From assembly GCA_038063895.1 (NCBI GenBank), contig JBBTUG010000012.1, positions 14,165 through 78,164 on the forward strand: a stretch of DNA of 64,000 nt, in the 5' to 3' direction. Position 1 is the stretch's first letter. Each line of letters starts with the position of its first letter. The notes below the pieces were generated by a model, which was given only the letters and a program-made list of their open reading frames with translations, was not told the DNA's origin and searched no databases. Below are positions 9,179 through 18,483 of this stretch, one piece after another. The position numbers were made by a program, and so were the translations under genes. This DNA comes from Patescibacteria group bacterium (lineage in GTDB: Bacteria; Patescibacteriota; WWE3; JAMCXX01; JBBTUG01).

Positions 9179-10081
9179 GTGACTGATTCCCTATCGGAAA
9201 ATCTTGATTACCGGCAACTACCGCAGTACAACCAGTATTTAGCCGGGCAGGGCTGGCAGATTGAACAGCGCGGCCCCACCGCACTTTTAAGGAGGCGCTT
9301 CCCGATCTTGGGCACGATTCTGATTCTAAAACGCGGCGACCCAAATACCCCCCTCGAAGCAATTGAGAAGTTAGTTACCCGATATAGAGCCGCTTTAGTG
9401 AAACTCGATTTTGATATTGACCATCGCAGTCCGGAAGCGGCCACACTGCAAACCAACCTCCTCAATCGGGGTTACTGCCTCTCCCGCCTCCCTTTCTGTC
9501 CGACGAAAACCATAAAAATTGACCTGGCGCTGCCGCTCGAGCAGCTACTGGAACAGACGAGCAGTGACGTCCGCAGGTATTTACGGAAAAATGAAAGGGA
9601 AAATTTCCTAATTCGCCGCGACCAAACCATTGATGATTTTTATCCTCTTCTGCAAAAAGCTTCAAAAATTCACCGCTACTTTCTTCCCGGCCTAAAAAAT
9701 ATAAAAAAACAATGGGAAGCTTTCGGACCGAATCTTAAAGTTCTGACCGGCTATAAAGACGGGCGGCTTCTCGGCGGCGCAATGGTCGTCTGCCAAAACA
9801 CCCAGGCCTCCGGAATCTATATGGCCTTTAGCGGTGACGGGCTCAGCTGCCATCTGCCGTATTCAATGATGTGGGAAGCGATTGTTGTGGCGAAAACCGC
9901 CGGCTGCCGGGTACTGGATCTTGACGGAGTTTATGATGAACGGTTCAATGCTCCCATTTCCTGGAAGGGGTTGAGCGTTTTCAAGAAAAAATTCGGGGGT
10001 GTCGAGGTCGAGTATCCGGGAACTTACGTTAAATGCCGGTACCTTCCGACGAGACTTCTAACCGCGCTTAAATTACTCTAA
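9179..10081 (+). CDS. FemAB-family aminoacyltransferase (peptidoglycan interpeptide bridge formation-like)
   Basis: The C-terminal half matches the FemAB pattern ([28 protein letters not shown]). Confidence 0.55.
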   Translation: MTDSLSENLDYRQLPQYNQYLAGQGWQIEQRGPTALLRRRFPILGTILILKRGDPNTPLEAIEKLVTRYRAALVKLDFDIDHRSPEAATLQTNLLNRGYCLSRLPFCPTKTIKIDLALPLEQLLEQTSSDVRRYLRKNERENFLIRRDQTIDDFYPLLQKASKIHRYFLPGLKNIKKQWEAFGPNLKVLTGYKDGRLLGGAMVVCQNTQASGIYMAFSGDGLSCHLPYSMMWEAIVVAKTAGCRVLDLDGVYDERFNAPISWKGLSVFKKKFGGVEVEYPGTYVKCRYLPTRLLTALKLL

Positions 10082-10650
10082 TTAATACGGAGCAACTCAA
10101 CTTCGAAGGTTAACGTGGCACTTCGCGGAATCGGTCCACCGGGAGTACCAGTTTCGCCGTAAGCCAACAGCGGGGGGATAATCAGTTTCCGGAGTTCGCC
10201 AACTTGCATTCCAATCATTCCCTGATCCCAACCCTTGATAACCTGGCCGGCGCCTAAAGTAAAGGTGAAGGGTGTTCCGCGGTCCCGGCTGGAATCAAAC
10301 TTCGCACCGCTGGCCAAGGTCCCTACGTAATGAACGGACAACTTATCACCATTTTTCGCCACAGGGCCGGACCCGGCCTTAAGACGGAAAGCATTAAGTT
10401 TTCCCGGCTCGATTTGGAGACTTTCGTCAGCGGAAGCGGTGGCGGCCGGAGAAGTTGTTGCCTCATTAAGACCAGCGGCCGGACTGCTCAGAGCAGATTC
10501 AGTTCCTTCCGGTGACAGGGCATTTACGACAGCCTCGGAAACAGAATTATCAGCATCCTGAACTTTACTCCGGGTCAGAAGAAGGTAGCCGCCGATAATT
10601 AAACCGACGATGGCCAGCGCGGCGATGGCGAGAAGAATATTCTTATTCAT
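10078..10650 (-). CDS. FKBP-type peptidyl-prolyl cis-trans isomerase, membrane-anchored
   Basis: An N-terminal TM segment precedes an FKBP domain ([54 protein letters not shown]). Confidence 0.85.
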   Translation of the reverse strand: MNKNILLAIAALAIVGLIIGGYLLLTRSKVQDADNSVSEAVVNALSPEGTESALSSPAAGLNEATTSPAATASADESLQIEPGKLNAFRLKAGSGPVAKNGDKLSVHYVGTLASGAKFDSSRDRGTPFTFTLGAGQVIKGWDQGMIGMQVGELRKLIIPPLLAYGETGTPGGPIPRSATLTFEVELLRIN

Positions 10651-10686
10651 TAGGATTTGATGATATCATTTTTTTAGTCTTAGTCA

Positions 10687-11484
10687 ATGACTCCACCAAC
10701 AACAAAAACAATCCGGCTGCTGCTGCTCACCGCCTACATTATTATCGCGGTCTTTTTCGTTTGGAAGTTCAGATCGGTTTACCTGCTCTCAATCCTAATC
10801 GTTCTCGTCCCACCCGCGTTAGCTAATTTCCTGTGGTTAAATAACCCGGCAACGAAAAAACGGATTCTCGCGTTTTCACTCCTAGCCGTCCTTCTGTTCG
10901 CTCCTCCCGTTGAACTAGCGGCCCGACTAGCCAACGTGTGGGATGTTCAGTCGGTTTTTCCCCGGCCTTTTGGACTGATTCCGCTGGAAAATATGCTCTT
11001 CGCTTTTCTTAACTTTTTTTGGGGCTTAAGCTTTTACGCTTATTTTACCGGCACCACCCCAACCAAATCATCGCGGCTTAAATTCTTAATTGTTCTCTAT
11101 CTTTTATTGGATTTAGCGGTTTTCGGCGGTTATCTTCTTAACCCCGCCCTTATTAAAGTAAATTATTTCGCTCTGGCGCTTCCGGTCCTTCTCATTCCGG
11201 CTGTCTTTCTTTTTTCCCGTTATCCCGCCCTAATCCGGAAAACCATTCCCACCACCTTTTTCTTTGCCGCCGTTTTGTTTATCTATGAAGCTGTGTCGTT
11301 GGAGATCGGCAGCTGGTGGTGGCCGGGGACTTATCTTTATACCTTTAACTTAAACGGACACACTTTTCCGCTTGACGACGTTTTAATCTGGTATTTTCTG
11401 TCAACCCCCGTGCTAATCGCCGGGTATGAGTTTTTCGCAAACGGCTACGGAGAAAAGGTTCAGGCTGAGGTCACACCGATGTAG
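10687..11484 (+). CDS. polytopic membrane protein, hypothetical
   Basis: The 265-aa product has about 7-8 TM segments. Confidence 0.4.
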   Translation: MTPPTTKTIRLLLLTAYIIIAVFFVWKFRSVYLLSILIVLVPPALANFLWLNNPATKKRILAFSLLAVLLFAPPVELAARLANVWDVQSVFPRPFGLIPLENMLFAFLNFFWGLSFYAYFTGTTPTKSSRLKFLIVLYLLLDLAVFGGYLLNPALIKVNYFALALPVLLIPAVFLFSRYPALIRKTIPTTFFFAAVLFIYEAVSLEIGSWWWPGTYLYTFNLNGHTFPLDDVLIWYFLSTPVLIAGYEFFANGYGEKVQAEVTPM

Positions 11485-11753
11485 TCGATCCGGGGAAAGT
11501 AGCGGCGGATGTAATCACGGAATTTATCGGAAAGGCCGGGCGTGAACTTGCTGAATTTTCCGTTTTCGCTTTCCCGGCACAACCGGTTTTCCCACTCTTG
11601 GATAATCGCCAACACTTCCTTACCCCGCTCGTTAAACTCCTTTTCCCACACGGCGGGCTCAAAAACATAGTGGTCGTGCACGTTGCGGAAATTTTTAAAC
11701 TCCTCGGGGTGGGCCGCCACCATCCGGTTGTAATAATCCTGGTATTTCGTCAT
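11460..11753 (-). CDS. hypothetical protein (~97 aa)
   Basis: The ORF starts MTKYQDYYNRMVAAHPEEF. It overlaps the upstream plus-strand gene convergently by 25 nt. Confidence 0.35.
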   Translation of the reverse strand: MTKYQDYYNRMVAAHPEEFKNFRNVHDHYVFEPAVWEKEFNERGKEVLAIIQEWENRLCRESENGKFSKFTPGLSDKFRDYIRRYFPRIDYIGVTSA

Positions 11754-11831
11754 CGGTTCTAATTTTAAAACATCTAAAACGAAAAATACACCTTGATAAA
11801 TTACGGCCGTTCTGTAATATTGATACAAGTC

Positions 11832-12242
11832 ATGCCTGAAACCTCCGTTGCCGAAACTTTAAGCCACGTGGTCAACTTAATCCAAAACGCCAATACCAGT
11901 ATTGAGAAACTGAAAGAGGATATCTCAACCAATAAGGATATGCTGGAGGATGCCTTAAACAACGATCCGGACTACCGGCGGGAATTCGATAAAGCTAAAG
12001 AAGCGGCCAAAGTCAGAAACGAGCTTAAAAAACGGATTATGCTGCAGCCGGAACTGATGTCAATCAATACCAAAATGAAAAATCAGAAGGCTCACCTTAA
12101 GGAACTGAAAGAAACCCTCTCTGAATATCTGCAGGAATATCAACGGCAAACGGGATCGAAGACCATTGAAGGCTCGAATGGCGAACTCAACCAAATAATC
12201 TCCTCCGCCCGCCTCGTTAAAACCAGCAACCGGCCCGAGTAA
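11832..12242 (+). CDS. hypothetical coiled-coil protein
   Basis: The product starts MPETSVAETL and is rich in K and E heptads. Confidence 0.35.
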   Translation: MPETSVAETLSHVVNLIQNANTSIEKLKEDISTNKDMLEDALNNDPDYRREFDKAKEAAKVRNELKKRIMLQPELMSINTKMKNQKAHLKELKETLSEYLQEYQRQTGSKTIEGSNGELNQIISSARLVKTSNRPE

Positions 12243-12263
12243 GACTTAAAGATTCTGCCTGTT

Positions 12264-12620
12264 TCATATCCTTCGGATATTAATCAGTTTAAGCTCCCGG
12301 CGGCATTTCATAAAATCGGGGACTACCTGTCCGATAAGCTGCCAAAATTTTTCGGAGTGGTTGAATTGACGGAGATGACAAAGTTCGTGAACCACTAAAT
12401 AGTCGGCAAGATGCGGGGGCAAAAATATAATCCGAAAGTTGAAGTTTAAATTGCCTGCTTTCGAGCAGCTGCCCCAACGCGTTTTTTGGTTACGGATTGT
12501 GATCTTATTATAAGGAAAGGGGTAACTCGTACGGTATTTCTCAACCAGCTCCAGCGCCAAAGACCGCGCCCGGCTTTTATTTTCCTGGTATCTTACGGAG
12601 TCGGATCTATTTACTGCCAT
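12264..12620 (-). CDS. YgjP-like (DUF45) metal-dependent hydrolase, short form
   Basis: The product contains WGSCS...HELCHL (an HExxH-like zincin motif). Confidence 0.55.
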   Translation of the reverse strand: MAVNRSDSVRYQENKSRARSLALELVEKYRTSYPFPYNKITIRNQKTRWGSCSKAGNLNFNFRIIFLPPHLADYLVVHELCHLRQFNHSEKFWQLIGQVVPDFMKCRRELKLINIRRI

Positions 12621-13134
12621 ACCCCGGCACCTCATACAAATAAACGTTGCCGTCCTGCTGAGTCGCCTGCCAATCCGGAAAGGTAAAAACATAGGAAACA
12701 ACTTTGGAACCTGGTTTTAGTTCCCGCGTCAGCTTTTTTTCCAGCTTCACCATAATATGGCTGATCCCGTAAAGAGCCACTCCGTTGAAAGAAGACACAT
12801 CCCTCCGCCAAAAATCCGCCCAGTGGATAAAGGCCTTCCCGGAAACCCCGGCCCGGAAAATGTTAAATCGCGACCAAAGGACAAGAAACGGATTAATCTC
12901 GTAGCCGTGCACTTCCGCCCCCGCCCTCGCCAAGCTGATAACCAACCGCCCGTCGCCGGATCCTAACTCAACCAATTTTTCTCCCGCCCCTACGTTCATT
13001 AAAGCCGTCATCTTCCCAACCACAATGGGGGGCATCGGCACAAACGGCGCGCCGCGGAATAACGCCACGACAATAAAGACAAACATTGCGACCAGGACAA
13101 AACGGAGGGCCAGAAAAAATAGTATAAGCATAAC
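12607..13134 (-). CDS. class I SAM-dependent methyltransferase with N-terminal TM anchor
   Basis: The product contains VELGSGDGRLVISLARAGAEVHGYEINP (methyltransferase motif I). Confidence 0.6.
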   Translation of the reverse strand, partial: VMLILFFLALRFVLVAMFVFIVVALFRGAPFVPMPPIVVGKMTALMNVGAGEKLVELGSGDGRLVISLARAGAEVHGYEINPFLVLWSRFNIFRAGVSGKAFIHWADFWRRDVSSFNGVALYGISHIMVKLEKKLTRELKPGSKVVSYVFTFPDWQATQQDGNVYLYEVPGYGSK

Positions 13135-13212
13135 CGAATAAATTCTATCATTCTTACCAGTGGTACTTGAAATTATTTTCCCACTTGGAATAGAATACTC
13201 ACAGTCAAGTTT

Positions 13213-14127
13213 ATGATTACTATCAAGCATCTGTCCAAACGCTTCGACACCAAAACGGTGATTTCAGACCTCAATTTTAAAATCAGCCGGGGCGAAATCA
13301 TCGGTCTCTTGGGCCCGAACGGCGCCGGGAAAACCACCACCTTGCGGATGCTCTCCGGGACCTTGCCCCCGAGTAGCGGCTCGATCGAAATTGACAACCG
13401 TGACTCCTCGCTCCCTTGCCGGGAAGTAAAACAGCGCATCGGCTTTTTACCGGAAGATAACCCTTTGTATGAAGACCTGACCGTTGAGGAATATCTGGAT
13501 TTCTGGGCGGCGGTCAAAGGACTGGATAAGAGTAATAAAAAGGACGCGGTCGATTTCGTGGTTGAAAATTGCGGTATCAGCGAAGTCTACTACCGCCCGA
13601 TCAATGAGTTATCAAAAGGTTACCGCCAGCGGGTCGGCCTCAGCCAGGCAATTATGACGAGGCCGGAGATTCTTCTTTTGGATGAGCCGACGGAAGGGCT
13701 TGACCCCAACCAGCGCCACGACATCGCCAACCTCATTACTACACTGGGAAGAGAACGGACGGTCGTTATCTCCTCCCACGTTCTGCCGGAAGTCTCCAAA
13801 ATCTGCACCCGGCTGATTATTATCCATCAGGGAAAAATCGTGGCTGATGAAAGCCCCGAAAATCTAAAGCACCTTGGCCAAACATCCCACCGGATTGAAG
13901 CCGAACTGCTCGGGAATAATATCATTCCGGTTTTGGAAAAACTGCCCGAAGTGGCCAGAGTCGTTGAGGAACCGCGCAACCACTTTATCATTGAAATCAA
14001 AGGACAGCGCGATATCCGCCGGGAAGTTTTTGAAGCGGCGGTGGCCAACCACTGGACCCTGCTGACCCTTAACCAAAAAGAACGCGCGATTGAAGAAGTC
14101 TTCAGCCAGCTGACAACCAACCAATGA
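13213..14127 (+). CDS. ABC transporter ATP-binding protein
   Basis: The product has Walker A GPNGAGKTT, signature LSKGYRQR and Walker B LLLDEPT. Confidence 0.9.
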   Translation: MITIKHLSKRFDTKTVISDLNFKISRGEIIGLLGPNGAGKTTTLRMLSGTLPPSSGSIEIDNRDSSLPCREVKQRIGFLPEDNPLYEDLTVEEYLDFWAAVKGLDKSNKKDAVDFVVENCGISEVYYRPINELSKGYRQRVGLSQAIMTRPEILLLDEPTEGLDPNQRHDIANLITTLGRERTVVISSHVLPEVSKICTRLIIIHQGKIVADESPENLKHLGQTSHRIEAELLGNNIIPVLEKLPEVARVVEEPRNHFIIEIKGQRDIRREVFEAAVANHWTLLTLNQKERAIEEVFSQLTTNQ

Positions 14128-16307
14128 ATAAACGGGTAATTCTAATCATTGCGAAAAAAGAACTGCTGGGGTTTATTAACAGTCCCCTGGCCTACACAGC
14201 CGTTGTGCCGTTCCTCCTTTTATCCGTGTTTCTTTATACCCGCTCTTTGCTTATCTCGGGAGAGGCGACCCTCCGTCCCTTTTTCGACCTGCTGCCTTGG
14301 TTTTTGCTCCTGCTCGCCCCCGCCCTGTCAATGAAGGCCCTCTCGGACGAATACCGGAATAATACGTTGGAACTTCTCTTCGCGCACCCCCTTTCGGAAA
14401 CTGAGATCGTCCTCGGAAAATTTTTCGGGGTCGCCGGCTTTTATTTACTGGTTCTTTTAACCACCGCCGGTTTGCCATTGACGCTGTTCGCTTATTCGAG
14501 GCCCGACCCGGGCCAGATCGTTGCTCAATACCTCGGGGCTTTCCTGCTCGGCAGTTTGTTTATCAGCGTCGGCCTTGCGGCGTCCGCTTACGTTAAAAAC
14601 GCCATCAGCAGTTTCTTGCTGTCCGCCTCAGTCAGCTTCGTCTTACTGATCCTCGGCTTGGACTTTATCGTAATGACGCTACCCGCCCCTTTCAGTTGGC
14701 TGGCCACGCAAATTTCCGTCCTGACCCACACGGATAATATCGCTCGGGGCCTTTTAGACATTCGGGATGCTGCCTATTTTGCCACCATCACCGGCCTTTT
14801 TCTTGCTATGGCCGTGATGAAACTTTCGTCCCGCCGGCTGGTGGAAAGCCCACTGGAAAAACGGAAGTTAAATCTGGCGCTGGCAATAATCATCGGCATC
14901 GGGCTGATGAGTAATCTGCTTTTAACTGCCTACCCGCTCCGCGTGGATCTGACCGCCAACCGGCTGTTTTCCATTTCCGCCGGAACCCGGCAGACCCTGA
15001 GAACTTTGCCGGATGTCGTCACCGTCACCGTCTTCGCCTCTAAGGATTTGCCCGCGCAGACGCAATTAACGGAACGGGAGATTACGGATTTGTTGAAAGA
15101 CTACGCTCGAATCGGCCGTAACCTTAAAGTCGTTAAAGTTCATCCGGAAGAAAATTCGGAAACGGCGACGGAGGCGCGGAACAGTGGCATCCAGGAAATT
15201 ACCTTTAATAAAATCGGCACCGGAAAGTTCGAAGCTCAAACCGGCTTTCTGGGTCTCTCCCTCCGCTTCGGCGATAAAACCGAAAGCATCCCTTATATTT
15301 CCGATACCTCTGACTTGGAATACCAGCTTACCCGGCGCATCCGGAAACTAACCGGTGACAAAGATAAAATAATCGGACTATTAAGCAGCGGGGACGGCGC
15401 CCAAAACCAGCTCCTCAATCAGATCTTAAGCTACCAGTACCGGACCGAAACCTTAAGCGACGGAGATTACGGAAAGTTGAAGGATATTGCGGCTTTAATT
15501 GTAATTGATGACGGGAGCCGGCAGAGCACCGCCTCGGCTCTGATTAAAACTTATCTGCAACAAAACGGGCACGCTTTAATTCTCGCTAGTGGAGTAACAG
15601 TTAATCAGCAAAATCTCACCGCAAGCAAAAGCCTATCAAGCGTACCGGAAGCGCTGAAGGAATTCGGAATAACTATTAACAACGACATTGCGTATGATTT
15701 ACAACTGAATGAGTTACTGACCTTCGGTAGCGGCAACAGCCGTTTTCTCGCTCCTTACCCGTATTGGTTAAAGGCAGTCCCGACAGAAGCCGTCTTTTCG
15801 CCGCTGTCTTCGATCAAAAGTCTGAGCCTCGGTTGGCCCAGTTCCATTACCATTGAGGAAAAGGCCGGCTTTAAATATAAGAAACTTATCGTCACCGGCG
15901 GGGCGGGCGGACGCGTCAGCGAGAATTTCAATCTCTATCCGGAGTCGATCCGGACTCTGGGAACAACCGACGGCGGAAAAGTTTACCTGGCCGGTTTGGT
16001 TGAAAAGGAGGGAATGCGGGCGGTGGTTATCGGAAACAGTTCGATCGCGGAGGACCGCTTTTTGCAAAGTAACCGTGATAACGCGGCCTTTTTAGCCAAT
16101 ACAATTGACTACCTCGCCTCTGACGCGGATCTGGCCGCCATCCCCGCCAAAACCGCCGGACGGGCCATTCTGCAATTCCACTCCCCCAACGACCCGCTTA
16201 TCGTCCAGTACGGCAACCTTCTAGTTCCGCCACTTTTAGTTGTTGCGTTTGCCGTCTGGCATCTGCGTCGGCGCAAGCAAAAAACACTCCGCCTTTATGA
16301 AAAATAA
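14124..16307 (+). CDS. ABC-2 permease fused to GldG-like auxiliary domain
   Basis: The 727-aa product has an N-terminal ~240-aa 6-TM permease, then a large soluble domain typical of GldG-type ABC accessory proteins and a C-terminal TM segment. Its start overlaps the ATPase stop (ATGA). Confidence 0.6.
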   Translation: MNKRVILIIAKKELLGFINSPLAYTAVVPFLLLSVFLYTRSLLISGEATLRPFFDLLPWFLLLLAPALSMKALSDEYRNNTLELLFAHPLSETEIVLGKFFGVAGFYLLVLLTTAGLPLTLFAYSRPDPGQIVAQYLGAFLLGSLFISVGLAASAYVKNAISSFLLSASVSFVLLILGLDFIVMTLPAPFSWLATQISVLTHTDNIARGLLDIRDAAYFATITGLFLAMAVMKLSSRRLVESPLEKRKLNLALAIIIGIGLMSNLLLTAYPLRVDLTANRLFSISAGTRQTLRTLPDVVTVTVFASKDLPAQTQLTEREITDLLKDYARIGRNLKVVKVHPEENSETATEARNSGIQEITFNKIGTGKFEAQTGFLGLSLRFGDKTESIPYISDTSDLEYQLTRRIRKLTGDKDKIIGLLSSGDGAQNQLLNQILSYQYRTETLSDGDYGKLKDIAALIVIDDGSRQSTASALIKTYLQQNGHALILASGVTVNQQNLTASKSLSSVPEALKEFGITINNDIAYDLQLNELLTFGSGNSRFLAPYPYWLKAVPTEAVFSPLSSIKSLSLGWPSSITIEEKAGFKYKKLIVTGGAGGRVSENFNLYPESIRTLGTTDGGKVYLAGLVEKEGMRAVVIGNSSIAEDRFLQSNRDNAAFLANTIDYLASDADLAAIPAKTAGRAILQFHSPNDPLIVQYGNLLVPPLLVVAFAVWHLRRRKQKTLRLYEK

Positions 16308-17178
16308 AACTTTGTTGTCGCTCTCCTTAATTTTCGCGGTTCTCGTCGGGTTGTTCCTCGTCCAAACTTATCTTCCGGAAATTTGGCCGAAAAGCTCTCC
16401 CTACTTAAAGAAGATGGGAACTGTGAATAAAAATAATTTAGCCCGGATTGAAATAAGTTATAACAAAGACAATATTGTTTTGGAGAAAGACGGCAGTATT
16501 TGGAAACTTAATTCGGCTAAAGTCGCGCCCTCTGCCATTGAAGCTCTGATCAGCGGATTATTTGTCACTACGGAACCGGAAACGGTAGCCCAAACGGATA
16601 TAAAACACAAAGAATTAGAAGTGACTCCGGAAGCGGCAATCCGGATTAAATTATCGGAAAAGACGGCGCTACTAATCGGGAAAGCTAATTATCCCGGCGT
16701 TTTCGCCCGTTTCGACGACGACAACACCGTGTACCTCCTAAAGGAGCTGGACCAAAGCCAAGTCGCCACCGAGGTACAACCGTGGCTGGATAAAACCGTT
16801 TTCGCGGCCGCGCCCGATAAAATTCAAAAACTGACTTTCACGAAAGAGAGTAAAGATTATTTTCTTGTCAAAAAAGATGGGAAATGGCTAAACAGCGAAA
16901 ACGGGAAAGAGGTGGCAAAGGAAAAAACGGACGCCCTGCTCGCGCAACTCTCAAACCTCAACGCCCGGTCGGTGGTCATCAAAGATACTCCTATCACAGG
17001 TTTCGCGGCTTCGCCAGAATTGAAGGTTGTTATCGCACTCGAGGGGGGAACGGAAACTCTGGAATTATCTAAAGGGAAAGATATTTACCTGGTGAAACGC
17101 CTCTCCGACGGACAGCAATTTCTTGTCGCAGAAGCCTCACTTTCCAAACTCCTCTCCGCCCCGGAAGAGCTCTTCTAG
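16297..17178 (+). CDS. DUF4340-like protein, the usual partner of GldG-type ABC systems
   Basis: The gene sits in operon position after GldG. An N-terminal TM segment (MKNKTLLSLSLIFAVLVGLFLV) precedes a soluble domain. Confidence 0.45.
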   Translation: MKNKTLLSLSLIFAVLVGLFLVQTYLPEIWPKSSPYLKKMGTVNKNNLARIEISYNKDNIVLEKDGSIWKLNSAKVAPSAIEALISGLFVTTEPETVAQTDIKHKELEVTPEAAIRIKLSEKTALLIGKANYPGVFARFDDDNTVYLLKELDQSQVATEVQPWLDKTVFAAAPDKIQKLTFTKESKDYFLVKKDGKWLNSENGKEVAKEKTDALLAQLSNLNARSVVIKDTPITGFAASPELKVVIALEGGTETLELSKGKDIYLVKRLSDGQQFLVAEASLSKLLSAPEELF

Positions 17179-17251
17179 TTAGATGATAATACCTGAAAAC
17201 TCCACCTTACCAAGGTACCGATATTAACTTAAATGTGATACTGTACACTAC

Positions 17252-17280
17252 TTGACAGCGATTTATCCCTCTCTTAAGAT
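17252..17280 (+). promoter_or_regulatory. sigma70-like promoter TTGACA-N17-TAAGAT
   Basis: The sequence is read directly, just upstream of the 17287 gene. Confidence 0.45.
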
Positions 17281-17286
17281 AGGCAT

Positions 17287-17703
17287 GTGGGTTACGACTT
17301 AATTAGCCGAAAAAGTAAGGAGCCTTTTCGTTGGACACAGTTTTTCTGGAAAAGAGTACTTCAGCTGGCGGAGAAGAACGGTTGGCAACCAAAAGGAACG
17401 ACCATGCCGAAAGAATTTAAGCGGCCGGATTGGGATGGAAATTACTTGTACAATTCCGGCGAAATCGTAGAGACCGAAGATGCCCTAAATCTAGCTGAAG
17501 CTCTAACTAAAGCTTTGGATACTTTACCAACAGAGTATCTTCCTGTACCAAAGTCCCCCGCTTTGAACGAAGTTACAAAAAAGTGGGAAGATGCTGATTA
17601 TAGTCAAACACCACTTGAGAACTTCTTTTCCGGAAGTAGTGGTCGAAAGTCATTAGAAGAATTTATCGCCTTTTGCCGCAAGGGGAGTTTTGAAATTAGT
17701 TAA
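17287..17703 (+). CDS. hypothetical protein (138 aa)
   Basis: The ORF sits in a lower-GC context and has its own promoter. Confidence 0.4.
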   Translation: MGYDLISRKSKEPFRWTQFFWKRVLQLAEKNGWQPKGTTMPKEFKRPDWDGNYLYNSGEIVETEDALNLAEALTKALDTLPTEYLPVPKSPALNEVTKKWEDADYSQTPLENFFSGSSGRKSLEEFIAFCRKGSFEIS

Positions 17704-17758
17704 CGGATAGCCTACATTTTTCCGAATTATCCTTTCTCGTCCTAATGCAGGCTCTTTT

Positions 17759-18307
17759 ATGAAAATCCTGCACTACTCTGATAAAAGTTCTCCTAATTTA
17801 CTTTCCCTTTATGAGCGGGCGGATATATTCGTTACCACCGGAGATCTCCACTATCTTGACTTTTGTGGATTAGGAGAAAGAACAAATAAAAAACCGGCTT
17901 TCGGGGTATACGGAAACCACGACTCGGGAAGGTATTTTGAAAGCATCGGGATAACTGACTTACACAATCGCGTCGTTGAATACCGGGGGTTGAAATGGGG
18001 AGGCTTCCAAGGTTGTCTCAGATATAAACAAGCGGATTCGCCGATGTTTTCGGAATCGGAAGCTTGTATCTTCGCTGACAATTTTCCTTATGTAGATGTT
18101 CTGCTATTACACGCCGGACCAAAAGGAATGCTCGACGACCCTTCTGATCAACCTCACACCGGCTCCGAAGGGATCCGACGTTACGTCTTAGAGAAAAAAC
18201 CAAAAGTTGTTTTTCTTGGTCATCAATACTCCGACGCTTTTATGCAAGCAGATCCAACCAGACTCTACCGCACATATGGCGCTAGACTAATCGATGAGTT
18301 TTCATAG
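17759..18307 (+). CDS. calcineurin-like metallophosphoesterase (degenerate motifs)
   Basis: The product contains GDLHY, GNHD and GH motifs. The first DxH motif is atypical (LHYSD). Confidence 0.55.
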   Translation: MKILHYSDKSSPNLLSLYERADIFVTTGDLHYLDFCGLGERTNKKPAFGVYGNHDSGRYFESIGITDLHNRVVEYRGLKWGGFQGCLRYKQADSPMFSESEACIFADNFPYVDVLLLHAGPKGMLDDPSDQPHTGSEGIRRYVLEKKPKVVFLGHQYSDAFMQADPTRLYRTYGARLIDEFS

Positions 18308-18483
18308 ATAAACACCCTTTGACGCAACGAAATTAATGGTAACCAATAAATGTAGGAAACGGCTCCTATACTGCCCAAATAATGTTTTATAAAAATATGA
18401 TTAGAGCAAAGTGAATGAAAACAATCTTTAAGTAAATGCAAACGATCGTTGTTAAATCATTAAAGTTACTAATTGAAAAGTTA

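Noticed and set aside
13612-14478. Several antisense and shadow ORFs inside the ABC ATPase and permease genes
   Set aside because: They overlap well-supported genes on the opposite strand or in another frame.
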